61,571 nucleotides of DNA from Candidatus Eiseniibacteriota bacterium (GTDB taxonomy: Bacteria; Eisenbacteria; RBG-16-71-46), in the NCBI GenBank assembly GCA_044222065.1, contig JBGAOA010000019.1:1-61571 (forward strand), written 5' to 3'. Shown piece after piece: positions 20,474 through 30,503 of this stretch. The stretch's first letter is position 1; each line of letters begins with the position of its first letter. The notes below the pieces were generated by a model. That model saw only the letters and a program-made list of their open reading frames with translations, did no database searches and was not told where the DNA came from. Both the position numbers and the translations under genes were made by a program.

Positions 20474-20609
20474 GGTCGCTTTCTTGAGTTATCTTCGGCG
20501 CCCTGCATCGCGCACGACGACGCGCGTGATGCAATGCCGACGCGCTTCGCTCGCGCGGACTCGCGACCGCAACCGCCGAACTTCCAGCACGCACTCCAGG
20601 GGACGCACC

Positions 20610-23600
20610 ATGCCGCGTTCGATCGAACGCTCCGCACGCGCCGCCGCGACGGGCCATTCCGCCCGGCTCGCGCGGCCTTTCGCCCGCCTCGCCGCCGCCG
20701 CGGCGCTCGCGCTCGCCGCCGGCACGGCCCATTCCGACACCGTCGTTCACCGCGTCAACTGCGGCGGACCGGCGCTCGCGGCGCTCGATGCGGGCCCGGC
20801 GTGGAGCGCCGACGTCACCGGCGCGCCGTCCGCGTACTTCGCGAACGTCGCGCTCGCGGGCGACTTCGCCGCCGGGTCCGACGAGCCGATGGTCGCGCCG
20901 CATCCGTCGGTGCCGTCCTACGTGCCGCTCGCGCTGTTCGACGACGAGCGCTGGGACCCGGGCCCGAACCCCGACATGCTGTGGGAATTCCCGGTCGCGA
21001 ACGGCTCGTACCGCGTGAACCTGCTCGTCGCCGAGGGCTACTCGGGCGCACAGTCCCCGGGCGCGCGCGTGTTCGACGTGCGCTGCGAGGGCGCGACGGC
21101 GGTCGCGAACCTCGACCTCTACGCGTCGTACGGCGGCTACACGCCCGGCCTGCGGTCGTTCGTCGTCACCGTCGCCGACGGCAGCCTGTCGCTCGAGTTC
21201 CTGCACGGCGCCGCGGACAACCCGTCGATCCGCGGCATCGAGATCCGAACGTATTCGCTGAGCGGCGTGCTGAATCCGTCGCGCACGAGCGTGAGCTTCG
21301 GGAACGCGGTCGTCGGCGCGACCTCGCCGGCGCAGCAGGTCACGCTCACGAACGCGGGCTCGCCGGGCGATCCGGCGATCACGCTCACCGACGTGCAGAC
21401 GAGCGGGCCGTTCACGCACACGCTCACGCTGCAGTCGCTCGCGCCCGGCCAGTCGCGCACCTTCAACGTGCGCTTCGCACCGGTCGCGCTCGGCGCCGCG
21501 AGCGGATCGATCACGATCGCGCACGACGGCGAGGCGTCGCCGCTCGTGATCGCTCTCGACGGCACCGGCGTCGCGACGATGCCGGTCGCGTTCGGCAAGT
21601 CGACGCTGCAGGGTGTTTCGGTGACGAATCCGACGACGCTCCAGATCGGCCCCGACGGCCGTCTGTACGTCGGCGAGCGCCACGGCCTCCTGCACGCGAT
21701 CACGCTCGCGCGCACCGGGCCGAACCAGTACGCCGCGCTGGCCGACGAAGTGATCACGAGCGTGCAGGCGATCCCGAACCACACCGACGACGGCGTGCCG
21801 ATCCCGTTCTTCGCGACACGGCTCGTCACCGGCCTGCTCGCGACCGGCACGGCGGCGAACCCGGTGCTGTACGTGACGTCGTCCGATCCGCGCATGAACG
21901 TCGCCGAGGACGTCGGGCTCGACACGAACTCCGGCATCGTCTCGCGGCTCACGTGGGACGGCTCGCAGTGGGTGAAGCTCGACCTCGTGCGCGGGCTGCC
22001 GCGCTGCGAGGACGACCATTCGACGAACGGCCTCGTGCTCGACACGCTCACGAACACGCTGTACGTGGCGCAGGGCGCGAACACGAACATGGGCGCGCCG
22101 TCGAACAACTTCTCGTTCCTGCCCGAGTACGCGCTGTCGGGCGCGATCCTGTCGGTGGACCTCGATGCGATCGGCGAGACGACCTACGACCTGCCGACGC
22201 TCGACGACGAAACGCGGCCCGGAACGGTGGACGCGGGCGATCCGTTCGGCGGGAACGACGGCCGCAACCAGGCGATCCTCGTTCCGGGCGGACCCGTGCA
22301 GGTCCACTCGCCGGGCTACCGCAATCCCTACGACGTCGTCCTGACGAGCGCGGGGCGCCTGTACTCGATCGACAACGGTCCGAACTCGGGCTGGGGCGGG
22401 CCGCCGGTCGGCGAGGGCCCGGGCGGCGCGTGCACGAACGGCGACAACGATTCGAACAGCGCCTCGCTCGAGGACAACCTCCATTACATCCCGGCGGCCG
22501 GCTACTACGCCGGGCACCCGAACCCGACGCGCGCGAGCGTCGCGAACACGTTCAACACGTCGAATCCGCAGTCGCCCGTGCCGTTCGGGAACCCGGTCGA
22601 GTGCGATTACCTGCTGCCGGGGCCGCTCGCGGGCGGCGGCGACGGTTCGCTCGCGCGCTGGGGCTACTCCACGAACGGCCTGACCGAGTACCGCGCGTCG
22701 AACTTCGGCGGCGCGATGACCGGCGACCTGCTCGCCGCGAGCTTCTCGAACAACATCGAACGCGTGAAGCTGAGCGCCGCGGGCGACAGCGCGGTGCTGT
22801 CGAACACGCTGTTCTCGAACGTCGGCGTCGTGCCGCTCGACGTCACGGCGCAGGGCGACGACGACGTGTTCCCGGGCACGATCTGGGTCGCCGACTACGT
22901 CGCGAGCGCGATCGTGGTTTACGAGCCCGCCGACTACGAGGGCGGGGGTGGCGAGTGCGCGGGGCTCGACTCGACGCTCTACGACGACGACGGCGACGGC
23001 TTCTCGAACGCCGACGAGATCGACAACGGCACGAGCCCGTGCTCGGCCGGCGACGTGCCGCCCGACTTCGACGGCGACTTCCTCTCGGACCGCAACGATC
23101 CCGACGACGACGCCGACGGCCTGCCGGACCTCGCGGACGCGTTCGCGCGCGACGCGACGAACGGCGCGACCGCGCTGCCGGTCACGTACACGTGGGACGG
23201 CGGCAGCCCGGGCTTCGGACTGTTCGGCATGGGCTTCACGGGCCTGATGCTCGACGGCGTCACGGACTACCTGGACCAGTACGACCCGCTGCTCATCACG
23301 GCGGGCGGCGCGGCGGGCAAGTTCACGGTGGACGCCGTGACGTCGGGCGACGCATTCGAGGGCCTGAACGACCAGGCGTTCGCGTTCCAGTTCGGCGTCG
23401 CGACCGACACGACGACCGGCGCGTTCCGCGTGCGCTCGCGCGTCGCGTCGCCGTACTTCAACGACGCGCCGCCCGCGGGCGCCCAGTCGGCCGGCATCTA
23501 CGTGGGCGACGGCGGTGACGACGACTACCTGAAGCTCGTCGTGACCGGCGACGGCGGCGCGCCCGCGCTCGCGGTCGTGCACGAAGTCGCGGGAGTCGCG

Positions 23601-24185
23601 ACGACCGCGACGTATCCGATGCCCGGGCTGTTCGCCGCGACCGGCGTGGACGTCGCGCTGCTCGTGGATCCGCTCGCCGCGACCGTGCAGCCGCTGTGGT
23701 CCACGGAGGGCGGCGCGCTCGCGCCGCTCGGCTCGCCGATCGCGCTCGCGCCCGGCTCGGCGCTGAGCGCCGCGGTGCGCGAGGCGGCCCCGCTCGCGGT
23801 CGGCGTCATCGCGACCTCGCGCGGCGCGACGCCGTTCACGGCGACGTGGGACTACGTGCAGGTCGCGCTCGCCGCGCTCGCCGACGCGCCGGAGCCGGTT
23901 CCGGTCGCCGCGACGCGGCTGCTGCCCGCGTACCCGAATCCCGTGCGCGGCGCCGCGACCCTGCGCTACGAGATCGCCGCACCGGCGCGCGTGCGGCACG
24001 AAGTGTTCGCGCTCTCGGGCGCGCGAGTTCGCACGCTCGAGTCCGGTCACCGCGCCGCGGGCGGGCACGCCGTGCACTGGGACGCGCGCGACGCCGACGG
24101 CCGCCGCGTCCCGCCGGGCGTCTACTACCAGCGGCTCGAAGTGGACGGCCGCACGCACCGGCAGCGGCTCATCGTGCTGAAGTAG
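20610..24185 (+). CDS. Secreted malectin + ASH-Ig + sugar-dehydrogenase-like propeller + Ca-binding repeats + lectin-like domain + FlgD/T9SS-like CTD protein
   Basis: Signal peptide; HRVNCGG...ARVFDV...DNPSIRGIEI (malectin); GYRNPY; DDDGDG/DFDGD repeats; YPNP...WDARDADGRRVPPGVY...RLIVLK. Confidence 0.85.
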   Translation: MPRSIERSARAAATGHSARLARPFARLAAAAALALAAGTAHSDTVVHRVNCGGPALAALDAGPAWSADVTGAPSAYFANVALAGDFAAGSDEPMVAPHPSVPSYVPLALFDDERWDPGPNPDMLWEFPVANGSYRVNLLVAEGYSGAQSPGARVFDVRCEGATAVANLDLYASYGGYTPGLRSFVVTVADGSLSLEFLHGAADNPSIRGIEIRTYSLSGVLNPSRTSVSFGNAVVGATSPAQQVTLTNAGSPGDPAITLTDVQTSGPFTHTLTLQSLAPGQSRTFNVRFAPVALGAASGSITIAHDGEASPLVIALDGTGVATMPVAFGKSTLQGVSVTNPTTLQIGPDGRLYVGERHGLLHAITLARTGPNQYAALADEVITSVQAIPNHTDDGVPIPFFATRLVTGLLATGTAANPVLYVTSSDPRMNVAEDVGLDTNSGIVSRLTWDGSQWVKLDLVRGLPRCEDDHSTNGLVLDTLTNTLYVAQGANTNMGAPSNNFSFLPEYALSGAILSVDLDAIGETTYDLPTLDDETRPGTVDAGDPFGGNDGRNQAILVPGGPVQVHSPGYRNPYDVVLTSAGRLYSIDNGPNSGWGGPPVGEGPGGACTNGDNDSNSASLEDNLHYIPAAGYYAGHPNPTRASVANTFNTSNPQSPVPFGNPVECDYLLPGPLAGGGDGSLARWGYSTNGLTEYRASNFGGAMTGDLLAASFSNNIERVKLSAAGDSAVLSNTLFSNVGVVPLDVTAQGDDDVFPGTIWVADYVASAIVVYEPADYEGGGGECAGLDSTLYDDDGDGFSNADEIDNGTSPCSAGDVPPDFDGDFLSDRNDPDDDADGLPDLADAFARDATNGATALPVTYTWDGGSPGFGLFGMGFTGLMLDGVTDYLDQYDPLLITAGGAAGKFTVDAVTSGDAFEGLNDQAFAFQFGVATDTTTGAFRVRSRVASPYFNDAPPAGAQSAGIYVGDGGDDDYLKLVVTGDGGAPALAVVHEVAGVATTATYPMPGLFAATGVDVALLVDPLAATVQPLWSTEGGALAPLGSPIALAPGSALSAAVREAAPLAVGVIATSRGATPFTATWDYVQVALAALADAPEPVPVAATRLLPAYPNPVRGAATLRYEIAAPARVRHEVFALSGARVRTLESGHRAAGGHAVHWDARDADGRRVPPGVYYQRLEVDGRTHRQRLIVLK

Positions 24186-24203
24186 TTCGCAGCGAATCGA
24201 ACG

Positions 24204-24233
24204 CGGCGCGGCGGGAGCGATCCCGCCGCGCCG
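24204..24233. terminator. Perfect 13-bp hairpin between convergent genes
   Basis: CGGCGCGGCGGGA-GCGA-TCCCGCCGCGCCG. Confidence 0.65.
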
Positions 24234-24258
24234 TGGCGTCTACGGGCTCGCGCCGCCG

Positions 24259-26109
24259 CTAGACTCGCGGCGCGCCGCTCGCCTCGCCCTCGCGGATCGC
24301 GCGCGCGCGCTCGGGCACGGGCGTGAAGTCCTCGCCCGGGTTGATGAACTGGTTCTTCTCGAACGCGTACTGGCGGTCGTGAAGCTCGCGGTAGCGGCCG
24401 TTCATCGCCATGAGCTGCTCGTGCGTGCCGCGCTCGACGATCTCGCCCCCTTCGAGCACGAGGATCTGGTCGGCGCTGCGGATCGTCGAGAGCCGGTGCG
24501 CGATGACGAACGACGTGCGCCCCTGGCGCAGCGACCGCAGGCCGTCCTGGATCATCGCCTCGCTCTCGGAATCGAGGCTCGACGTCGCCTCGTCGAGGAT
24601 CAGGATGCGCGGGTCGGCGAGGATCGCGCGCGCGATCGCGACGCGCTGGCGCTGTCCGCCCGACAGCCGCACGCCGCGCTCGCCGACGATCGTGTCGTAG
24701 CCCTTCTCGAAGCGGTCGATGAACTCGTCGCAGTGCGCGATCCGGCTCGCGTCGCGGATCGCATCGATCGTCGCGTGCGGGTTCGAGAACGCGATGTTCT
24801 CGCCGATCGTGCCGTCGAACAGGAAGTTGTCCTGCAGCACGACGCCGAGCGTGTCGCGGTACTCGCCAAGCCGGATGCGCGCGAGATCGCGGCCGTCGAG
24901 CAGGACGCGGCCCTCCTGCGGGCGGTTGAACGCCATCGCGAGGCTGATGAGCGTGCTCTTGCCCGAGCCGCTCGATCCGACGAGCGCCGTCGTGCTGCCG
25001 GCCGGCGCCGTGAACGTGACGCGCTTCAGCACCGGCACGCCCGCGTTGTACTCGAACGTCACGTCCTCGAACGCGATTTCGCCGCGGATCGCGCCGAGCG
25101 GTTCGAGCGCCGCCTCGTTCGCGTTCTCGGCCGCCATCGCGCGCAGCTCGCGGATGCGGTCGAGGCCGGCGAACGCCTCGGTGATCTGCGTGCCGATGTT
25201 CGCGATCTCGATGAGCGGTCCCGCGAGCATGCCGGTGAACGCGAGGTACATGACGAAATCGCCGACCGTCATGCGGCCGTCGAGGATCGCGCGTCCGCCG
25301 ACGAGCATCATGACGACGCCGATCGTGCCGACGATCACCGTGCTGAACGCCGTCGTGCCCGAGACGGCGGTGATGGACTGCGCGATGTTGCGGTACAGGC
25401 GGTGCGCGCCGCGCGCGAACACGAGCTGCTCGCGCCGCTCGGCCGTGTACGCCTTCACGATGCGCACGCCGCCGAGCGTCTCGGACAGGCGGCCCGTGAC
25501 CTCGGCGTTGATCTTGCCGCGCTCGCGGAACAGCGGCCGGAACTTCGCGAACACCCACGTCATGAACCACGCGAACACGACGAGCACGCCGAGCGTGATG
25601 GTCGTGAGGTGCCAGTTCAGCTTGAACAGCACGATGAGCGAGACGATCGCGGTGAGGATGCCGCCGACGAGCTGCACGATGCCGGTGCCGACGAGGTTCC
25701 GGATGCCTTCGGCGTCGCTCATGATGCGCGAGATGAGGATGCCGGTCTGCGTGGTGTCGAAGTAGCGCACCGGCAGGCGCGTGACGTGCGCCATGACGCG
25801 CTTGCGCATGTCCGTGATCGCGCGCTGCGCCGTGACGCCGACGACCTGCGACAGCGCGAAGCTCGTGAGCGCCTGCAGCAGCGTCGCGCCGCCGGACGCG
25901 AGCGCGATCGGCATGAGCAGCTCGACGCGGTGCTTCCCGATCACGTCGTCGATGAGCGTTTTCGACGTGAGCGGCAGCACGAAGCCCGCGGCGCGGCTCA
26001 CGATCAGCAGCAGGAGGCCGAGGCCGAGCTGGCGGCGATGGTGGACGATCAAGGCGCGCGCTTCGCGCCAGACTTCCGAAGGTGCTGCGGGCTTCTTCGT
26101 CTCGGACAT
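24259..26109 (-). CDS. ABC exporter, fused permease/ATP-binding (MsbA/MdlB-like)
   Basis: TM domain, GSSGSGKS, LSGGQRQR, ILDEATS, IAHRLST. Confidence 0.95.
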   Translation of the reverse strand: MSETKKPAAPSEVWREARALIVHHRRQLGLGLLLLIVSRAAGFVLPLTSKTLIDDVIGKHRVELLMPIALASGGATLLQALTSFALSQVVGVTAQRAITDMRKRVMAHVTRLPVRYFDTTQTGILISRIMSDAEGIRNLVGTGIVQLVGGILTAIVSLIVLFKLNWHLTTITLGVLVVFAWFMTWVFAKFRPLFRERGKINAEVTGRLSETLGGVRIVKAYTAERREQLVFARGAHRLYRNIAQSITAVSGTTAFSTVIVGTIGVVMMLVGGRAILDGRMTVGDFVMYLAFTGMLAGPLIEIANIGTQITEAFAGLDRIRELRAMAAENANEAALEPLGAIRGEIAFEDVTFEYNAGVPVLKRVTFTAPAGSTTALVGSSGSGKSTLISLAMAFNRPQEGRVLLDGRDLARIRLGEYRDTLGVVLQDNFLFDGTIGENIAFSNPHATIDAIRDASRIAHCDEFIDRFEKGYDTIVGERGVRLSGGQRQRVAIARAILADPRILILDEATSSLDSESEAMIQDGLRSLRQGRTSFVIAHRLSTIRSADQILVLEGGEIVERGTHEQLMAMNGRYRELHDRQYAFEKNQFINPGEDFTPVPERARAIREGEASGAPRV

Positions 26110-26207
26110 GGACTCGCTCGCAAGGCGTGAACGTCGCGCGGCCGGGCGGGCGAAGCTAGCAGGCGGCCCCGGCGAGGGCCAACGCGCGGCGCCCCGGAAA
26201 TCGGCAC

Positions 26208-26234
26208 TTCAGGCCCGCGATGCGCCGCCGAGAC
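26208..26234 (+). promoter_or_regulatory. Sigma28-like promoter candidate
   Basis: TTCA-N15-GCCGAGAC versus consensus TAAA-N15-GCCGATAA, upstream of a c-di-GMP gene. Confidence 0.25.
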
Positions 26235-26304
26235 TCCGAGTGAAGCGTCCGCCCGGCGCACGGCGAAAGCGCCGCCGCACCGGATGGCCCACGCCGAGGA
26301 CCGC

Positions 26305-27633
26305 ATGTTCGAAATGCCATGGAAGCGCAAGCCCGCCGATGTTCCCGAAGCGGCGGATGAACCCACGGTTCCGGACGCCGCCGCGAGCGACGCGCGGGCC
26401 GCGGACGACGCGCCCGTCACGCGCACGCTCTACGCCGCGCGCCAGCCGATCCTGAACCGGGTCCAGCAGCTCGAAGGCTACGAGCTGCTGTTCCGCGGAG
26501 GGCCCGAGAACCGCTTCGACGGGGCCGATGCCGACTTCGCGTCCGCCGCGACGATCGAGCAGAGCGCATCGGCGTTCGGGCTCGACGCGATCGTCGGCGA
26601 CCGCCGCGCGTTCCTGAACCTGACGCGCCGCGCGCTGCTCGCCGGCTACCACCGCATGCTGCCGCCCGAGCGCACCGTGATCGAGCTGCTCGAGACCGTC
26701 GAGCCGGATCGCGAAGTGCTCGACGCGTGCACGCTCATGCGCGCGGAGGGCTACCGGATCGCGCTCGACGACTACACGTTCCGGCCGGAATCCGAGCCGC
26801 TCCTCGACGTCGTGGACCTCGTGAAGGTGGACCTGCGCGCGGCCCCGCAGGCGCTCGACCCGCGGGCGCTCATGCCGCTCACGAAGCGCCGCCTGCTGCT
26901 GCTCGCCGAGAAGGTCGAGACGCACGAGGAACACCTCGCGGCGAAGCAGCTCGGCTACCAGTACTTCCAAGGCTACTACTTCTTCAAGCCGCAGATGATC
27001 TCGACGCGCGACCTGCCGCCGAGCAAGCTCTCGGCGCTCAAGTTCATGGCCGAGATGAGCCGCGAGGACGTGACGATCGACGCGCTCGAACAGGTGTTCA
27101 AGCACGATCCCGGTCTCACCGTGCGGCTGCTGCGCTACCTCAACTCCGCCGCGTTCGGCTGGCGCCACGAGATCGGCTCGCTGCGGCACGCGCTCGCCGT
27201 GATCGGCGCGCGCCCACTGCGCCAGTGGGCGCTGATGATCGGGCTGCTGTCGTGCGGCAACGACAAGCCCCACGAGCTGTCGCTCACGGCGCTCTCGCGG
27301 GCGCGCTTCGCCGAGCGCCTCGCGCCGACGTCCGGGCTGCAGGAGCACCAGGGCGAGCTGTTCCTCGGCGGCCTGCTGTCGCTCGTGGACGCCATGGTCG
27401 GCCGCCCGATGGAAGAAGTGCTGAAGGGGCTCGCCGTGTCCGAGCGCGTGCGCGCGGCACTGCTCGGACGCGAAGGCCCGCTCGCGCCGCCGCTGCAGCT
27501 CGTGTCGGCGTACCAGATCGGCGACTGGGCGGCCGTCGAGGCGTCGCGGCGCGAGTGCCGCGTGGACGACCGCGCTCTCGGCGAGGCCTACGTGGATTCG
27601 CTCGCGTGGGCGGAGGCGACGGCGACGATGTGA
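26305..27633 (+). CDS. EAL + HDOD domain c-di-GMP phosphodiesterase (YuxH/PdeH-like)
   Basis: ARQPI, GYELLFR, IALDDY, AEKVET, YFQGYYF, DPGLTVRLLRYLNS; GAGGA RBS before ATG 26305. Confidence 0.9.
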   Translation: MFEMPWKRKPADVPEAADEPTVPDAAASDARAADDAPVTRTLYAARQPILNRVQQLEGYELLFRGGPENRFDGADADFASAATIEQSASAFGLDAIVGDRRAFLNLTRRALLAGYHRMLPPERTVIELLETVEPDREVLDACTLMRAEGYRIALDDYTFRPESEPLLDVVDLVKVDLRAAPQALDPRALMPLTKRRLLLLAEKVETHEEHLAAKQLGYQYFQGYYFFKPQMISTRDLPPSKLSALKFMAEMSREDVTIDALEQVFKHDPGLTVRLLRYLNSAAFGWRHEIGSLRHALAVIGARPLRQWALMIGLLSCGNDKPHELSLTALSRARFAERLAPTSGLQEHQGELFLGGLLSLVDAMVGRPMEEVLKGLAVSERVRAALLGREGPLAPPLQLVSAYQIGDWAAVEASRRECRVDDRALGEAYVDSLAWAEATATM

Positions 27634-27678
27634 CGCCGCCGTCGCCCGCTCCGTTCGCGGTCGAGCCCGCAGTCGTCG

Positions 27679-28716
27679 CTACTTCCGCCCCCCCGGGATC
27701 GGCCACTTCTCGATCGGCGCGATCTCGCGGCGCCAGCCGCTCCACTGCTTCTGCACCTCTTCGATCGCGGCCGGGTCCTTCGGGAACAGGTCCACGCGCG
27801 CGAGCCGCGGAATGAGCGGCACCCAGAACGCTTCGCGGGCGAACACGCGCTTGAACGTGGCGAGCGCTTCGGCCTTGCGGCCGTTCGTGTACATCGAGAT
27901 CGCCGCCCAGAACTGCAGCTCGACGACGTCGGGCGCGATCTTCGCTGCCGCTTCGTAGCGCTTGAGCGCCTGGTCCGGGTTCTTCGCGGCGATCGCGTTG
28001 TCGCCCGCGTCCTCTTCGCTGTAGGCGCGCCGCAGGTTGACGAGCCGCCGCAGCTCGACGAGCGGCTGATCGTGGTCCTCGACGCGCAGGTCCATCACCC
28101 GGTCCACCCACGGCTGGCCCGTCGCCTTCGCCTTCACGATCACGATCGCGGCGCTCTGCCGGCCGCGGATGTCGCCGCCCGCGCGCTCGGCGGCTTCCAG
28201 CGCCTGCAGCATGCGCTCGGCGAGATCTCCCTTCGCGTTCTCGTACGCCTTCGCCATCGCGTCCCAGATCGTGCCGTTCGCCATCAGGTTCGCCTGACAC
28301 GAGTACTGCTCGCCGACGCGGAAGCCGGCGTCGGGAATGCACAGGTCGCCGGTGTGCGAGGCGACGTTGCCCTTCGCGTCCACGACCGCGACCTGCCGCA
28401 CGTCCGGGTTGGGGTCCATCTTCATCGCGGCTTCCAGCGCCTGCGGCGCCGTGAGGCCCATGCGCATCAGCTCGAGGCAGCGCGGACCGTAGTCCACGAG
28501 CACGAGCGACTGCGTCGCGACGGCTCCGACGCCGGCCTCGGCCCACGGCACGATCGGCCCGACCGAGAAGTAGTGCGACTGCACGGCCACGCCCATTTCG
28601 CCGGTCGCGGAATCACGCGCGACGATCGAGTACGTGTGGGCGGGCGGCGTGGGCGGGAGCGACGGCGTCGCGACGGCGACGAGCGGCAGCGCGACGAGAG
28701 CGGCGAGCGGGAACAT
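27679..28716 (-). CDS. DUF1028 (Ntn-hydrolase-like) protein with C-terminal TPR
   Basis: Signal peptide then TYSIVARD..TGEMGVAVQS, GVGAVATQ, GGDIRGRQSAA, DLRVEDH. Confidence 0.9.
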   Translation of the reverse strand: MFPLAALVALPLVAVATPSLPPTPPAHTYSIVARDSATGEMGVAVQSHYFSVGPIVPWAEAGVGAVATQSLVLVDYGPRCLELMRMGLTAPQALEAAMKMDPNPDVRQVAVVDAKGNVASHTGDLCIPDAGFRVGEQYSCQANLMANGTIWDAMAKAYENAKGDLAERMLQALEAAERAGGDIRGRQSAAIVIVKAKATGQPWVDRVMDLRVEDHDQPLVELRRLVNLRRAYSEEDAGDNAIAAKNPDQALKRYEAAAKIAPDVVELQFWAAISMYTNGRKAEALATFKRVFAREAFWVPLIPRLARVDLFPKDPAAIEEVQKQWSGWRREIAPIEKWPIPGGRK

Positions 28717-28750
28717 GCGGGCGTCCTCCGGGGCGGACGGCCCGCACGCG

Positions 28751-30427
28751 TCAGTGAACGCTCGCGATCCTGCGCACGCTCGCGGCGCCGTCCTGAACGC
28801 GGCGCAGACAGTAGCGCCCGGCGGGGAGGCGGTCCAGCGACTCGAAGCGCTCGGCGTGCTCGCCCGCCCCGCGCGCCGCGATCGCGCGCACGCGCCGGCC
28901 GGCGAGGTCCACGAGTTCGAGGCGCGCCCCGGTGTCGCGCGGCAACGCGAAGCGCACGAGGAACGCGTCGCGCGCCGGGTTCGGCACGGGCGGCGCGAGC
29001 GCGAGCGTGCGCGGCGCGCCGGCTTCGGGCGCGGCGAGCGGGAACGGCGTCACGGGCCGCGCGAGGAGCGGCTCGGCGCGGTCGAAGAACGCGCTCGTGT
29101 AGCGCGTCCACCCGATGAACGCGCCGCCCGCGCCGTCCGGCGTCACCGCGCGCAGCAGTGCGAGCGTGTCGACGCCCGACACGTCGCGCCCGGGGGCGGG
29201 CTGGGTCGGATCCACGATGCCGCCCGGGCCGATCCACTGCTGCCGCACGATCGTCGCGTAGACGTTGCTCGCTTCCACCCACGCCGTGACGAGCGCGCCT
29301 TCGCCCGCGGGCGCGAGCAGCGCGCGCGCCGAGGGCGACGTGCCGGCGGCGGTCATCGGCACGCCCGCCGCGGGCCAGCCGAGCGAGCGCGAGCCGTCCA
29401 GCGCGATCCGCTGCACGCGCGGACCCGCGCCCGCGTTCCACGACACGAACAGGCCGCCTTCGCCGTCTTCGGTCGCGTCCACGTTCGTGAAGCGCGTGAG
29501 CGATGTCGCGAAGAGCGCGCCGCCCTGCGGCCACGCCGGGTCGAGCACGCCGAGCTTCGAGAAGCGCGCGGCGCGCGCGTCGTACTGGCCGTTCGGCTCG
29601 ACGTCCTCGAAGGCGGCGAGGAAGTGGCCCGGCGTCGAAGCGACGAGCCGCTGCAGCGTCAGGTAGCCGCCGTTCGGCGGCCGCGCGTTCAGCTCGAGAC
29701 CGTGCTCCGGCCACGCCGGGTGACGGTGGCCGTCGGGGCCGAACCGCTGCGCGGTCACGCGGCCCGCGAACCACAGCACGATCGCGCCGCCCTCGCCGTC
29801 CGAGACCATGCGGAAGCCCTCGAACGAGTTGCTGCCCGCGGTGACGAGCACGCCGCCCGCCGGCCATCCCGGCGACGGCGCGCCGCTGGCGGTGAAGCGC
29901 GCGAGCCGGATGCGGCTCGTCGTCGAGTTCCACGCGCAGTAGATGCCGCCCTCGCCGTCGAGAGCGATCTGCGTGACCGGCTCGGGACCGCTCACGGTGT
30001 CGATCGCGACGCCGTCCGCGGGGAACGCGGGATCGAGCGCGCCGCTCGCGAGCAGGTGCCGGAGCTTCACGACGTAGAAGTCGCCGTGCGCGATCCACAG
30101 GTCGCCCGCGGGACCGACGAGCGCGGTCGGCGTGCTGCCGCACGTCACGGCGAGCCCCGAGTCCGGCCAGCCGGCCGCGATCGTGCCGTTCGCGGCGATG
30201 CTCTGCGCCTTGATGCAGCGGTACTCGCCCTCTTCGCCCGTGCGGTAGGTGTAGACGATGCGCGCGCCACCGAGCGAGTCGCGCAAGACCAGCATCGCTT
30301 CCTGCTCGACCTCGCGCGCACCGAACACGAGCCCCTCGGCCGGCCAGGCGTGGGCCGCGGGGGCGAACGTCGAAAGCGCGATCGAGACGGCGAGAAAGGC
30401 GACGGCGTGGGCTGCGATGCGGGGCAC
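28751..30427 (-). CDS. Secreted beta-propeller repeat protein with T9SS-like CTD
   Basis: Signal ending AHA; repeats WPxxG and DGxGG-hhh-W; C-terminus PNPARD...DLAGRRV...AGRY...RRIASVH. Confidence 0.75.
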   Translation of the reverse strand: MPRIAAHAVAFLAVSIALSTFAPAAHAWPAEGLVFGAREVEQEAMLVLRDSLGGARIVYTYRTGEEGEYRCIKAQSIAANGTIAAGWPDSGLAVTCGSTPTALVGPAGDLWIAHGDFYVVKLRHLLASGALDPAFPADGVAIDTVSGPEPVTQIALDGEGGIYCAWNSTTSRIRLARFTASGAPSPGWPAGGVLVTAGSNSFEGFRMVSDGEGGAIVLWFAGRVTAQRFGPDGHRHPAWPEHGLELNARPPNGGYLTLQRLVASTPGHFLAAFEDVEPNGQYDARAARFSKLGVLDPAWPQGGALFATSLTRFTNVDATEDGEGGLFVSWNAGAGPRVQRIALDGSRSLGWPAAGVPMTAAGTSPSARALLAPAGEGALVTAWVEASNVYATIVRQQWIGPGGIVDPTQPAPGRDVSGVDTLALLRAVTPDGAGGAFIGWTRYTSAFFDRAEPLLARPVTPFPLAAPEAGAPRTLALAPPVPNPARDAFLVRFALPRDTGARLELVDLAGRRVRAIAARGAGEHAERFESLDRLPAGRYCLRRVQDGAASVRRIASVH

Positions 30428-30503
30428 GAGAGGGTCCTTTCGAGCCGGAGATTCTACGCGAACCCTCGGGTGGTCCCTCAAGACGGACCGCCGATCGCCG
30501 GGG

